Source: Myxococcota bacterium
GTDB taxonomy: Bacteria; Myxococcota_A; UBA796; SXON01
Reading direction: 5' to 3'
NCBI GenBank assembly: GCA_040386535.1
Contig: JAZKFH010000064.1
Location: 1 to 32,366, forward strand
Length of the DNA: 32,366 bases
The notes under the pieces are model-generated. The model did no database searches, was not told the DNA's origin, and saw nothing but the letters and a program-made list of their open reading frames with translations. Both the position numbers and the translations under genes were made by a program. Position 1 is the first letter of the stretch. Each line of letters opens with the position of its first letter. Shown here one piece after another: positions 9,387 through 18,950 of the stretch.

Positions 9387-10598
9387 GTGCTCCTCCCGCT
9401 CGTCCTCGCCTGCGTCGCGCCCGACATCGTGGTCCCCGGCCCGACGGCGCCCGCCGTGGCCCCCGTTGACGGCCCCACCGACGCGCCGATCGAGGGCCTC
9501 TCCGCCGCCTGGTCGTCCCGCTACGAGGAGGGCTACGACGCCTTCTCTGCCATCTTCCGGAGCGGCGGCGGGCTCGGCCCCACCTTCATCAACTCGGCGT
9601 GTGTCGCGTGCCACGCGGGCGCCGAACGTGGGCCCGGCGCTGTCACCAAGATGGTGGTGATGGAGGGCGACCAGCCCGCCGCCGACCAATCCGCGCTGCC
9701 CTGGGGCCACACCGAGCGGCCGCGCGTCGCGGGGGGCGGCGCCACGCCAATACTCGCGCCCGAGGACGTCCCAAACCTGCTCGTGACGGAGCGCATCGGC
9801 CCCGCCGTGTACGGGCGCGGCTACCTCGAGGCCATCGACGACGCCGAGATCGAGCGCGTCGAAGCCGAGCAGGCCGCGGCCGGCATCGTGAGCGGCCGTA
9901 TCAATCGTGTCACCTGGTCGGTCGTCGCGGCCGACAGCCCCTTCCACACCTACGCGGACGGTGACACCAATCTCATCGGTCGGTTTGGACACAAGGCGCG
10001 CATCACCACCCTCGACGAGTTCGCCGCCGACGCGCTCCAGGGTGACATGGCCATCACCAGCCCGCTGCGCCCCACCGAGCTCCCCAACCCCGACGATCGC
10101 GACGACGACTACGCCCTGGGCGTCGACACCTCCCTCGACACGGTCAATCGCATGGCCGACTTCACGCGCCTGCTCGCCCTCCCGGCGCGCCCGCCCGGCA
10201 TCGAGCTCGGCGAGGGCGCCGCCTACGTGGGCGCCACCCGCTTCACCGAGATCGGGTGCGCCGACTGCCACGTTCCATCGTTACGCACGCGCGCCGACTA
10301 CCCCATCGAGCCCCTCGCGGACATCGACGCCTACGTCTACTCCGACCTGCTCCTCCACGATCTCGGGCCCGCCATGGCCGACGGCATCGTGGACGGCAGC
10401 GCGCAATCGGCCGAGTGGCGCACCGCCCCGCTCATCGGGCTCTCCCACTCCGCCACCTTCCTCCACGATGGCCGCGCCGACACGATCGGGGAGGCCATCC
10501 TCGCGCACGGCGGCGAGGCGGAGGCGGCGGCGCAGGCCTTCGCCGCGCTCCCGACGGACGAGCAGGTGGCGGTAGAGGCGTTCGTGCTGGCGTTGTGA
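9387..10598 (+). CDS. Di-heme oxidoreductase family (DHOR/thiol oxidoreductase-like) lipoprotein
   Basis: GLGPTFINSACVACH and CADCH heme motifs; GRGYLEAI, GRFGHKA, YSDLLLHDLG, WRTAPL, FLHDGRA. Start set at GTG 9387, 2 nt after the upstream stop, giving LVLAC. Confidence 0.88.
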   Translation: MLLPLVLACVAPDIVVPGPTAPAVAPVDGPTDAPIEGLSAAWSSRYEEGYDAFSAIFRSGGGLGPTFINSACVACHAGAERGPGAVTKMVVMEGDQPAADQSALPWGHTERPRVAGGGATPILAPEDVPNLLVTERIGPAVYGRGYLEAIDDAEIERVEAEQAAAGIVSGRINRVTWSVVAADSPFHTYADGDTNLIGRFGHKARITTLDEFAADALQGDMAITSPLRPTELPNPDDRDDDYALGVDTSLDTVNRMADFTRLLALPARPPGIELGEGAAYVGATRFTEIGCADCHVPSLRTRADYPIEPLADIDAYVYSDLLLHDLGPAMADGIVDGSAQSAEWRTAPLIGLSHSATFLHDGRADTIGEAILAHGGEAEAAAQAFAALPTDEQVAVEAFVLAL

Positions 10599-10633
10599 CA
10601 GCGGGGGCACCGCGCCCCCCGGGCCCCTCGCGC

Positions 10634-10639
10634 TATGCT
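10634..10639 (+). promoter_or_regulatory. -10 hexamer TATGCT, probable leaderless promoter
   Basis: 5 nt upstream of GTG 10645; no SD sequence. Confidence 0.5.
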
Positions 10640-10644
10640 CCCCC

Positions 10645-12501
10645 GTGCTCCGCCGCCTCGCATCGTCGCCCCCGATTCGTGTCGTGCTCGGCTCGCTCGC
10701 CCTCGCCGTCGTCGCTACGTTTCCCCTGTTGGCTTCGCCCTTCGGTAGGTTGATCGGGCACCCCGACGTGGACGTGACCAACCACGCGTGGGGCGCGTGG
10801 TGGTGGTGGCTCACGCTCGGGCGGGGAGGTCTGCCGTGGGACACGGCGCTGCTCGCGGGGCCCGACGGCGGGGTGTTGTGGTTCATCGATCCGTTCCTGG
10901 CGGGCGTCGGCGCGGCGCTGGTGGGGATCGTGGGGGTCGTGGGCGCCTACAACCTCGTGATGCTGCTGTACGTGGCCCTGGCGGCGGCGAGCGGACGGGC
11001 GTTGGCGCGCGCGTTCGGCGCGGGGGAGGGGGCGTCGTGGATCGCCGCCGCGGCCGTGGCGATGAGCCCCTACGTGCTCTCCGAGGTGCACAACGGCGTG
11101 TCCGAGGCGGTGGGGGTGTGCTGGTCCACGTTCGCGTTGGCGGCCGCGCGCCGCGCGCTCGGGGAGCCGGGAGGCGGCGCGCTCTCGGCGGGAGAATGGG
11201 CGCGCCGGTGGGCCACCACGGGCCTCTGGCTGGGCGCGGCGGCGGCGGGAACCTGGTACTACGGGCTCGCGACGGGCGTGACGATCGGGGCGTGGGCGCT
11301 CGCCCAGGCGTGGGGCCGGGGGTGGCGGCAGGACGCGCCGCGTCACGTGGGCGGCGCCCTGTTGGCGGGTGTCCTGGGGATCGTCGTCGCCGCGCCGGTG
11401 TTGGCGCTGGTGCGCGCGAGCATCGGCGATCCACGCTCGCTCGTGGTCCGCGGAGACCTGGACGGGACCGTGCGCGAGTTCCTGCTGGCCCACAACGCCG
11501 TCGATCCGCGCGCGTTCGTGGCGCCGCTCGGATTCCAATCCGTCGATCTCGCCGCCACCGGCGAGGCGTTCCTGCACAGCAGCTACCTGGGGCTCGTGGC
11601 GCTCGCGCTCGCCGGCGTCGCCCTGCGCGCGCGTCCCGATTTGTGTCGTGTCGCCCTGGGGGTGGTGCCGGCCGCCGTCCTCTCGCTCGGCGCCTACCTG
11701 TGGTGGGGCGATTCCTGGGTGCTCGTCGGCGGAAAACGTGTCGCGTTGCCCTTCGCGTGGCTCGTGGCGCTCCTGCCCGACGCGGGCGCTACCCACGCCC
11801 AGCGCCTCGTGTGGCCGCTCGTCGCGACCGTCGCAGCGCTCTCGGCGGTGGGGGCCGCACAGGTGGCGCGGGCGCGGCGCGGGTGGATCGCCGGCCTGGG
11901 CGTGCTCGTCGCGGCCGACCTCCTCCTCGCCGCCCCGTGGCCGCTCGCCCGCGTGGAAGCGCTCGATCTCCGCGCCCACGCGCGCCTCGGCGCGCTCGCA
12001 CGGGAGGAATCGGCGCACGCCGCCGCGAACCCCCAGGGAAAGCCGGGAGACCCCGCACCCCCGCGCCCCGCCCGCGGTGTCCTCGACCTGCCCGCCGAGG
12101 TCGGCGCCACCATGGCCACGTCCCGCTACCTCGTGTACCAGACGGCCAGCGAGCTCCCCATCCCGTACCGCCCCGACGCGCGCGGCGGCACCGCGAGCAT
12201 CTTCGGGCGGCAATGGTTCAACCTGCTGCTCCTGCCGAGCGCGGGCCGTGCCGATCAAGCGGCGAAGCTGCGGGTGGATTTCCAGAACGTGACACGTGTC
12301 GATCTGGGCTCGTTCGTGGGGGCGGGTATCCGTTGGGTGGTGCTGCATCGCGAGCTCGAGCGCGGCGTGGGGGACGTGGCCCAGCTCGAAGCCCAGCTCC
12401 GCGCGTGGTTCGGCGCGCCGGACGAGCTCGGCACCCACCTCACGTGGGACGTGACCACCCGCGCGGACGATGGGGGGGAGGTGGTGATCTCGGTGAGATA
12501 G
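10645..12501 (+). CDS. Polytopic membrane protein, probable GT-C-fold glycosyltransferase (YfhO/PMT-like)
   Basis: About 11-13 hydrophobic segments; acidic first loop (DVDVTNHAW); C-terminal soluble domain with VLDLP, YQT and GIRWVVLH, recalled as typical of this family. Confidence 0.65.
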   Translation: MLRRLASSPPIRVVLGSLALAVVATFPLLASPFGRLIGHPDVDVTNHAWGAWWWWLTLGRGGLPWDTALLAGPDGGVLWFIDPFLAGVGAALVGIVGVVGAYNLVMLLYVALAAASGRALARAFGAGEGASWIAAAAVAMSPYVLSEVHNGVSEAVGVCWSTFALAAARRALGEPGGGALSAGEWARRWATTGLWLGAAAAGTWYYGLATGVTIGAWALAQAWGRGWRQDAPRHVGGALLAGVLGIVVAAPVLALVRASIGDPRSLVVRGDLDGTVREFLLAHNAVDPRAFVAPLGFQSVDLAATGEAFLHSSYLGLVALALAGVALRARPDLCRVALGVVPAAVLSLGAYLWWGDSWVLVGGKRVALPFAWLVALLPDAGATHAQRLVWPLVATVAALSAVGAAQVARARRGWIAGLGVLVAADLLLAAPWPLARVEALDLRAHARLGALAREESAHAAANPQGKPGDPAPPRPARGVLDLPAEVGATMATSRYLVYQTASELPIPYRPDARGGTASIFGRQWFNLLLLPSAGRADQAAKLRVDFQNVTRVDLGSFVGAGIRWVVLHRELERGVGDVAQLEAQLRAWFGAPDELGTHLTWDVTTRADDGGEVVISVR

Positions 12502-12541
12502 ATCCGGACCCGGTGCTATGGTTCGAACCTGGAGACGACGA

Positions 12542-13549
12542 ATGCCTACCCACAAGCTGCTCATCCTGATCCTCTCGGCCATCGGCCTCTCCGCATGTGG
12601 GGTGCCCGTCGAGGGAGAAGCGTGCATCGACGTGGAAGAGGACGTGACCACCTGCCCCGCGGCCGAGGATGTCGACCTGGACGAGGCGTTCGTGTTCTTC
12701 AGCTGTGACGACGAGAAGATCGTGAGCATCTCGGGTGAGGGCACCGTCCAGAACACGAGCCAGGCGGACCAGGACCTCGGCTGCTGCTACGCGGCCGAGC
12801 TCATCGATCCCAACCCCAACATGAACTGCATGGTCGGCCGCCCCTTCCGTGAGGCCGACGTCGCCGTGCTCGCCGCGGTGGTCGAGCGCGCCGATTGGTG
12901 TGGGACCGACCTCCCCGCCACGGCCGCCCTCGATCCGGCCCGCGCCGCCGCCTGGGCCCTCTCCGGCGCCAACGAGCACGCCTCCATCGCCGCCTTCTCC
13001 AAGCTCGCCCTCGAGCTGCTCGCGCACGGGGCGCCCGCCTCGCTAGTGCGCGCCGTGTACCTCGCCGGCGTCGACGAGATCGACCACGCCGAGCGCTGCT
13101 TCGCTCAAGCCGCGCGCTTCGGCGGGGCCGCCGTGGGCCCGGGCGCCATCCCCTTCACCGCGGCGATCGTCGCGACCCGCCCGCTCGCCGACATCGCCGC
13201 GGACGCCGCGCGGGAGGGCTGTGTCGGCGAGACCACCGGCGCCGTGCTCGCGCGCGCCGCGGCCGAAGCCGCGACCGATCCGCAGGTGCGCGAGGCCCTC
13301 GCCGCCATCGCCGCCGACGAGGAGCGCCACGCCGCGCTCTCCTGGCAGGTCGTGGCCTGGGCCGTGCGCACCGGCGGTGCCGAGGTGCGCGCGGCGGTGC
13401 GGGCGGCCTTCCTGGCCCCCGTGGCGCCGGTCGACGTGACCGAGCTCGCCGTGCGCGCGCAGGTCTCTCCGGCGGTGCTCCAGGCGGCCGCGCGGGCCAG
13501 CCTCGCCGAGGTGGTGCGCCCCGCGGCGCGGGCGTTGATGGCGGCGTAG
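12542..13549 (+). CDS. Ferritin-like domain lipoprotein (myxobacterial type)
   Basis: GGAG RBS; IGLSAC lipobox; Cys-rich N-domain ending CCY...CMVGRP; diiron-type ligands EHASIAAF, DEIDHA, EGCVGET, DEERHA. Confidence 0.88.
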   Translation: MPTHKLLILILSAIGLSACGVPVEGEACIDVEEDVTTCPAAEDVDLDEAFVFFSCDDEKIVSISGEGTVQNTSQADQDLGCCYAAELIDPNPNMNCMVGRPFREADVAVLAAVVERADWCGTDLPATAALDPARAAAWALSGANEHASIAAFSKLALELLAHGAPASLVRAVYLAGVDEIDHAERCFAQAARFGGAAVGPGAIPFTAAIVATRPLADIAADAAREGCVGETTGAVLARAAAEAATDPQVREALAAIAADEERHAALSWQVVAWAVRTGGAEVRAAVRAAFLAPVAPVDVTELAVRAQVSPAVLQAAARASLAEVVRPAARALMAA

Positions 13550-13640
13550 TCCGCCGGGGGTGGCCCCCGAGAAGCGCACTTGAACCTACGGAAAGCGCGC
13601 GTAGCATCCTCCGTCCGGGGCCCGACCCCAGGAGGAAGGC

Positions 13641-15095
13641 ATGGAATTCTCGAAGCTCGGCCGCGCGATCGTCACCAGCGCCCTCGGGGGCGTGGCGCTC
13701 GCGCTCGCCGCGGGGGGCGTCCTCGCCCAGGATCGTGTCCCCACGCAGGCCGCCACCGAGGAGCCCGGCAAGCTCCCGATCCCGTCACGCGGCGCCACCA
13801 GCTGGGCGCCCGTCGCCACCACGGAGCCGTTCGAGAAGGTGAAGGACCGGATGAGCGGCGACAAAGGGGCCGCCATGAAGCGCCAGAAGGCGCTGCTCGA
13901 GGAGCGCTACGACCTGGCCGATCGGCCGGTGGGAAGCGTCAAGATGACGCGGGGCACGGACGTGCAGGGCGGAGTGCGGGTGAAGCTCCCCGAGGGCGTC
14001 ACCTGGAACCAGCTCGCGCAGATGACGCCCGCCGAGATCCAGGCGAAGGGCCTCTGGCCCAAGGGCTTCCTGCCGTTGCCACACCCCCTCCACGACGAGG
14101 GTGGAATGGTGTTTCCGGAGCACCACATCGAGGAGGTGAAGAAGCAGGAGGGGCGTGATCTCGAGCGGTTCGACGTCGACTTCGACCTGCCCCGCCACTT
14201 TCTTCCCGAGTTCCCGCCTGCCATCTTCCTCACCACGCGGCCCGACCTGGGAGACGTGTCCCAGGGCCAACTGGTCACGACCCAGAACTTCTACGCGTTG
14301 TTCGACGGCGTGCTCAACCCCAAGCAGCTGGACGGGCTGCGGCTGTTGGTCTCCCAATTTCCGCAGCAACAATTCAACCTCACGGACGATCGCCGTAGCG
14401 CCAAGCCGAGCCTCGGCGTTTCCTGCTTCGATTGCCACACCAATGGGCACACCAACGGCGCGACCCACCTGGTCGGTGACATCCGGCCCCAAGCGTTTCG
14501 CCGCCGCATCGAGACCCCCTCGTTGCGAGGCGTCAACCAACAACGCCTCTTCGGCTCCCAACGCGCGCTCCGCACGGTCGAGGATTTCACCGAATTCGAG
14601 CAGCGCGCGGCCTACTTCGACGGTGACATCGCCATCGCGCAGAAGAAGGGGGTCAACTTCCTCGAACGGGGGAGCGAGGTGCACGCCATGGCGGAGTTCC
14701 AGGAGCTCCTCGACTTTCCGCCGGCCCCCAAGCTCGACGTGTTCAACCGCCTCACCAGCGCGGCCACGCCCCAGGAATTGCGTGGCGAGAAGGTGTTCTT
14801 CGGCAAGGGGCGCTGCGCCGAGTGCCACGACACCCCGCTGTTCAGCGACAACTTCATGCACGACCTGAAGACCGAGCGCTTCTTCGAGCCCGTATTGATC
14901 AACGGTCGCATGGCGGTGGCGGACGGCGCCATCAAGACCTTTCCCCTTCGCGGGATCAAGGAGAGCCCGCCCTATCTCCACGACGACCGTCTGCTCACGC
15001 TGGACGACACGGTCGAGTTCTTCAATCTCGTGTTGGGCACGCGTCTGAGCGAGACGGAAAAGAAGGATCTGGTGGCATATCTATATACCTTGTAG
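13641..15095 (+). CDS. Periplasmic diheme cytochrome c (CCP/MauG superfamily; family often labelled 'cytochrome B6')
   Basis: AGGAGG RBS; signal peptide; CFDCH and CAECH; TPSLRG, KTFPLRGI and PYLHDDR motifs. Confidence 0.88.
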   Translation: MEFSKLGRAIVTSALGGVALALAAGGVLAQDRVPTQAATEEPGKLPIPSRGATSWAPVATTEPFEKVKDRMSGDKGAAMKRQKALLEERYDLADRPVGSVKMTRGTDVQGGVRVKLPEGVTWNQLAQMTPAEIQAKGLWPKGFLPLPHPLHDEGGMVFPEHHIEEVKKQEGRDLERFDVDFDLPRHFLPEFPPAIFLTTRPDLGDVSQGQLVTTQNFYALFDGVLNPKQLDGLRLLVSQFPQQQFNLTDDRRSAKPSLGVSCFDCHTNGHTNGATHLVGDIRPQAFRRRIETPSLRGVNQQRLFGSQRALRTVEDFTEFEQRAAYFDGDIAIAQKKGVNFLERGSEVHAMAEFQELLDFPPAPKLDVFNRLTSAATPQELRGEKVFFGKGRCAECHDTPLFSDNFMHDLKTERFFEPVLINGRMAVADGAIKTFPLRGIKESPPYLHDDRLLTLDDTVEFFNLVLGTRLSETEKKDLVAYLYTL

Positions 15096-15221
15096 CCGCT
15101 GCGGCCCCGTGCGTGTCGTCGAGCCGGCAACCGTTCTGGCCTCCGGACGAACGCCGCGCGACGGGTGGTAAGCCCGGTCCCGACAGGACATGATGCGCGC
15201 AGCGCACCCCGCGGAGCGAAG

Positions 15222-18200
15222 ATGGGCAAGGGACAAGTCAAGAGTACGCCGGCGAAGGCTCCCACCAAGGGCGCCGGCCCCTCGTCCAACGGGGCGAGCG
15301 GCGCGCCCAAGGCGCGCGACAACAGCGTGATGAAGGATGCCCTCGCGCAGAAGGCACCGGCCCTCGACGAGGGCGCGACGAGCCTGATGGACGACTTCGA
15401 CCGCTACCAGGGCGACTACGGCGTCGCGTTCGGGCAGGCGTTTGCTCTCTCGATGCGATCCCACGCGGCGCAGGACAGCGGGGACATCCCCGGCTACCAC
15501 GCCGCGGTCGGAACGATGCTCGACGTGAACACCGCCATCCTCTACCGGCTCGACTGGTTCCTCCCCGGCATGGGCATCAACCAGCAGTTCGCGGATCTCG
15601 TCGAGGACAATCCGGACGTTCTCCAGGTCGAAGAGTTCCGGGCCAAGTTCCTGCGCGCCGCCGCGTTCGCCGGCGTCGTCAAGCAGCAGCGCGCGCTGCT
15701 CGTGCCGTTCCTGGTGCCCCGCTCCGTGCACGGAAAGGTGGTCCCGACCATCCCGGGCATCACCCTCGGCAACCTCTCCTACACCGAGGCGGTCGAGGCG
15801 CAGGTGGGGTCCGTCGAGCCCATCTTCACGGCCGCCACGGAGCTCCGCACGCTGCTGGCGAGCGGTCCGGACGCCAAGGGCGGCGCCGCCTCCGGCATCG
15901 CGACCGACGCGGTGGCGGGCCCGATGAGCGACTACGAGCCCGGGAGCGGCGAGTTCGAGTATCTCTACGAGGTGGTCAAGCACTCGCGCGCCTCGTCCGA
16001 GGTCAAGGCACGGGTCGACTGGCTGCTCGGCCGGGACGACGTTGGCGCGTACGAGCAGATCTTCGGCACCTCGTTGATGCTCAACGAGATCATCTCCGTC
16101 GCGTGGCAGGTGGGCTCGGGCTCCGCGGACGTCCCCGCCGCCGCCGCCCCGGCCGCGGTGCCCACCGCCGACCAGCACGCCGCCACGCGCGCCGCCGGCA
16201 AGACCGCGGGGGTCCAGGACTTCGACTCGTCGAAGGCGCCGAAGGAGGGCGGCAAGGGCGAGGAGTATACGGGCCCCTACGCCAGCGAGCGCGGCATGGC
16301 GCGCGTCCAGACGAGCCGCGAGGCCGAAGGCAAGCTGACAGCGGGGGACGGGAAGGTGGGCGCCGAGGCCGGCGTCAAGCAGAAGACCGAGCGGCGGAGC
16401 GGCGAGAGCAAGGAGCTCGGCGGCGAGGCGAGCCTCGAGGCGGGCGCCACGCTCTCGGGCTCGGGGAAGGTGAGCGGCCAGCGCACCGGCGCGGACGGCA
16501 CCACGCGCGGCGGCTCCGTGAGCGGCGGGCGGGACGCGGAGGGCAACTGGAACGGCGGCGCCGACGCGTCGAAGACCACCACGAACGCCGATGGATCGAA
16601 AACCACCACGACGGGCGGCGTGACCGTCAGCCAGAGCGGAAAGGTGGGCGCCACGGGCGGGCGCTCGGTGGAGGACGCCGCGGGCAACAAGCGGGGTACC
16701 TCGGGGTCGGGCTCCTACGATCACGCCAGCGGCGAGGTGGCGGCGAGCGTCAAGCACTCCAACACCGACAAGGACGGCAACGACAAGGGCTCGATCGGCG
16801 GGGGCGGTGCGATCGATCTGGACGGAAAGGACGGCAAGACGGGCGCCAAGGCCGATTTGTCGGTGTCCAAGGGGTCGAAGAGCTTCAGCATGTCCGGCGG
16901 GTACACCATCACCGTGGCGGAGCCCAAGCAGGAGGGCAAGCGGTGGGTCGTCACCTACGAAACCGAGCTGTCCGGCAAGGTCGGCGGCGGGGTGAAGAAC
17001 AAGAAGGCCGGTGCGTCCGGGAGCATCGGTGGCAGCGACAAGAAGACCGGCCGCCGGTCGTTCGGCACGGAAGCCGAGGCCAAGGCGTTCTGGGCGAAGC
17101 CCTCGCTCGACGGCCTCCCGGCCGACGCGAAGGCCGCCGCGGGCATGGCCGAGGGCGACCAGCGCGGCAGCGAGGGCACCTTCGACGTGGGCGGGGACGT
17201 CAACGCGAAGCTCGGCGCCGTCGAGATCGGCGCGGGCGCCTCCCACTCCTCGACCAACTTCGAGAACCAGACCAAGGGCCAGGGCGGGAAGATCCGCGTG
17301 GAGGTCGGGCGCAAGGAGATCGACGAGGTGCACGGCAGCGTCGGCATGGCCGGGGTGTCGGGTGGGATGGGCAAGTCGTGGGCGAGCCACGAGAGCGTCA
17401 CGGTCGAGTTCGATCTGGACACCGCCGAGGGTCGCAACGCGTACAACCACCACCAGCGGTACCACGCGCTCCCACGCGGCGCGCGGGGTTGGAAGATGGT
17501 GGGCAGCGCCAAGGGGAACGCGGAGACCGACAGCTACTCGCTCGGCCTCTTGGGTGTGAAGCTCGGCAGCTCCCACACGGTGTCGCACGGCGTCGAGTAC
17601 GACGAGGGCAACAAGTACGAGCGGGACGCGGGCACCGACTCCAGCAGCGTGTCCGTGCCGCTGATCGGCAACTACGAGCGCTCCCACAAGCTCTCGATGC
17701 TCGAGGTGAACGACGGGCGCTCGTTCTTCAACACCGAGTCGACCGTGAAGGGCTCGAGCCTGAAGGACGTGCGCTCTGGGCTCGCGCGCTCGGCGATGGA
17801 GACCGAGCAGGGTGTCGGCGGCTCCAACAAGGGAACCTACAAGCTCCAGACCGCGATCCCCGAAGGGGACATGGACCGCTTCATCCAGGTGGCCACCTCG
17901 CCGACCGCGAGCGAGATGTTCAACGAGAAGGGCGGCCTGCACGCCACGGACGGCCTCAAGGACCTGCGCAACGGCCTCTTGAAGGCCAAGGGTGACAAGG
18001 ACACCCAGCGCCGTGTGTTGGCACGCTGGGTGGCGGACGAGGGCTACGACGCGCTCACCGTGTTGCACGCCCTGACCCGCGGCAAGTTCGACGCGCGCGG
18101 CGAGGGCGGCACCCAGATGTTCGTCGCCATCGAGGGCGATCCCTACATGGACGGCATGAAGGGCCAGCTCGACCTCGAGCTGCGGATCCAACGCTTCGAC

Positions 18201-18872
18201 CAGCGCCTCGGCAACGGCGAGCGCGGCGCGGCCCTCGCGAGCGAGATCCGCAAGGACATCAACTTCCAGCGCGCGAAGGCGCGGCACCTGGAGGAGTGTC
18301 CCGAGCTGCCGTACCGGGTCTACGCCCAGGAATACGATCGGATCCGCTCCAACACCGCCATCCTCGACTCCGTGCTCCAGCGGTCGCTCACGCAGGACGG
18401 CGCGGCCACCGGCCCGACCCCCGGCGGTGACCTCGAGAGCCCCCGGTTCGTGGCGTTCCGCCGGGCCTGTGCCAACCTCTCCGTGGCGCGCTCCTCGTGT
18501 GAGCGGTCCTACGAGTGGGCCTACAAGGAATACCGGATCAACGAGACCGGGGCCTACCAATCGAAGAACAAGCGGCGCGCGGAGTACTTCCCGAAGGAAC
18601 GCGGCAACTTCGACAATGCGCTGGCGCTCTACCGCAAGGGAGACGCGGCACGGAGCGCCGCCCTCTTGGCTGAGTCGCTCTCCAGCCAGCGCCTCGACGA
18701 ACGTTCGGTGGGCCCGCTCACCGCGATCGTGACCAAGTCACGGGCCGAGTACATGCGCGCCGAGCGGTTCTTCAAGGAGGCGACCGACGTGTACTTCGAG
18801 ATCAGCACCCGGAACATCGGCAAGGGCCCGTACGTGAACAACGGCGGCGAGCGGATGACCCCGGGGCAGTGA
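15222..18872 (+). CDS. Large (1216 aa) hypothetical protein with central G/S/K/T-rich beta-strand region; possible toxin or effector
   Basis: GGAG RBS at 15213; uninterrupted frame with strong GC3 bias; no signal peptide; no family motif recognised. Confidence 0.8.
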   Translation: MGKGQVKSTPAKAPTKGAGPSSNGASGAPKARDNSVMKDALAQKAPALDEGATSLMDDFDRYQGDYGVAFGQAFALSMRSHAAQDSGDIPGYHAAVGTMLDVNTAILYRLDWFLPGMGINQQFADLVEDNPDVLQVEEFRAKFLRAAAFAGVVKQQRALLVPFLVPRSVHGKVVPTIPGITLGNLSYTEAVEAQVGSVEPIFTAATELRTLLASGPDAKGGAASGIATDAVAGPMSDYEPGSGEFEYLYEVVKHSRASSEVKARVDWLLGRDDVGAYEQIFGTSLMLNEIISVAWQVGSGSADVPAAAAPAAVPTADQHAATRAAGKTAGVQDFDSSKAPKEGGKGEEYTGPYASERGMARVQTSREAEGKLTAGDGKVGAEAGVKQKTERRSGESKELGGEASLEAGATLSGSGKVSGQRTGADGTTRGGSVSGGRDAEGNWNGGADASKTTTNADGSKTTTTGGVTVSQSGKVGATGGRSVEDAAGNKRGTSGSGSYDHASGEVAASVKHSNTDKDGNDKGSIGGGGAIDLDGKDGKTGAKADLSVSKGSKSFSMSGGYTITVAEPKQEGKRWVVTYETELSGKVGGGVKNKKAGASGSIGGSDKKTGRRSFGTEAEAKAFWAKPSLDGLPADAKAAAGMAEGDQRGSEGTFDVGGDVNAKLGAVEIGAGASHSSTNFENQTKGQGGKIRVEVGRKEIDEVHGSVGMAGVSGGMGKSWASHESVTVEFDLDTAEGRNAYNHHQRYHALPRGARGWKMVGSAKGNAETDSYSLGLLGVKLGSSHTVSHGVEYDEGNKYERDAGTDSSSVSVPLIGNYERSHKLSMLEVNDGRSFFNTESTVKGSSLKDVRSGLARSAMETEQGVGGSNKGTYKLQTAIPEGDMDRFIQVATSPTASEMFNEKGGLHATDGLKDLRNGLLKAKGDKDTQRRVLARWVADEGYDALTVLHALTRGKFDARGEGGTQMFVAIEGDPYMDGMKGQLDLELRIQRFDQRLGNGERGAALASEIRKDINFQRAKARHLEECPELPYRVYAQEYDRIRSNTAILDSVLQRSLTQDGAATGPTPGGDLESPRFVAFRRACANLSVARSSCERSYEWAYKEYRINETGAYQSKNKRRAEYFPKERGNFDNALALYRKGDAARSAALLAESLSSQRLDERSVGPLTAIVTKSRAEYMRAERFFKEATDVYFEISTRNIGKGPYVNNGGERMTPGQ

Positions 18873-18950
18873 CCCTGGCCGGGGCCTCGACCATGAGCGC
18901 GTCCACGCGGGCCGCCCCCGCTGGTTAGAGCCGACGCCTCCGAGGTCTCC

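Noticed and set aside
15081..18560. Long antisense or alternate-frame ORFs (e.g. 15081..18560, 6152..8806, 10633..12756, 24393..26615)
   Set aside because: Shadow ORFs expected in high-GC DNA; they overlap motif-supported genes and have Arg/Gly/Pro-biased, motif-free translations.
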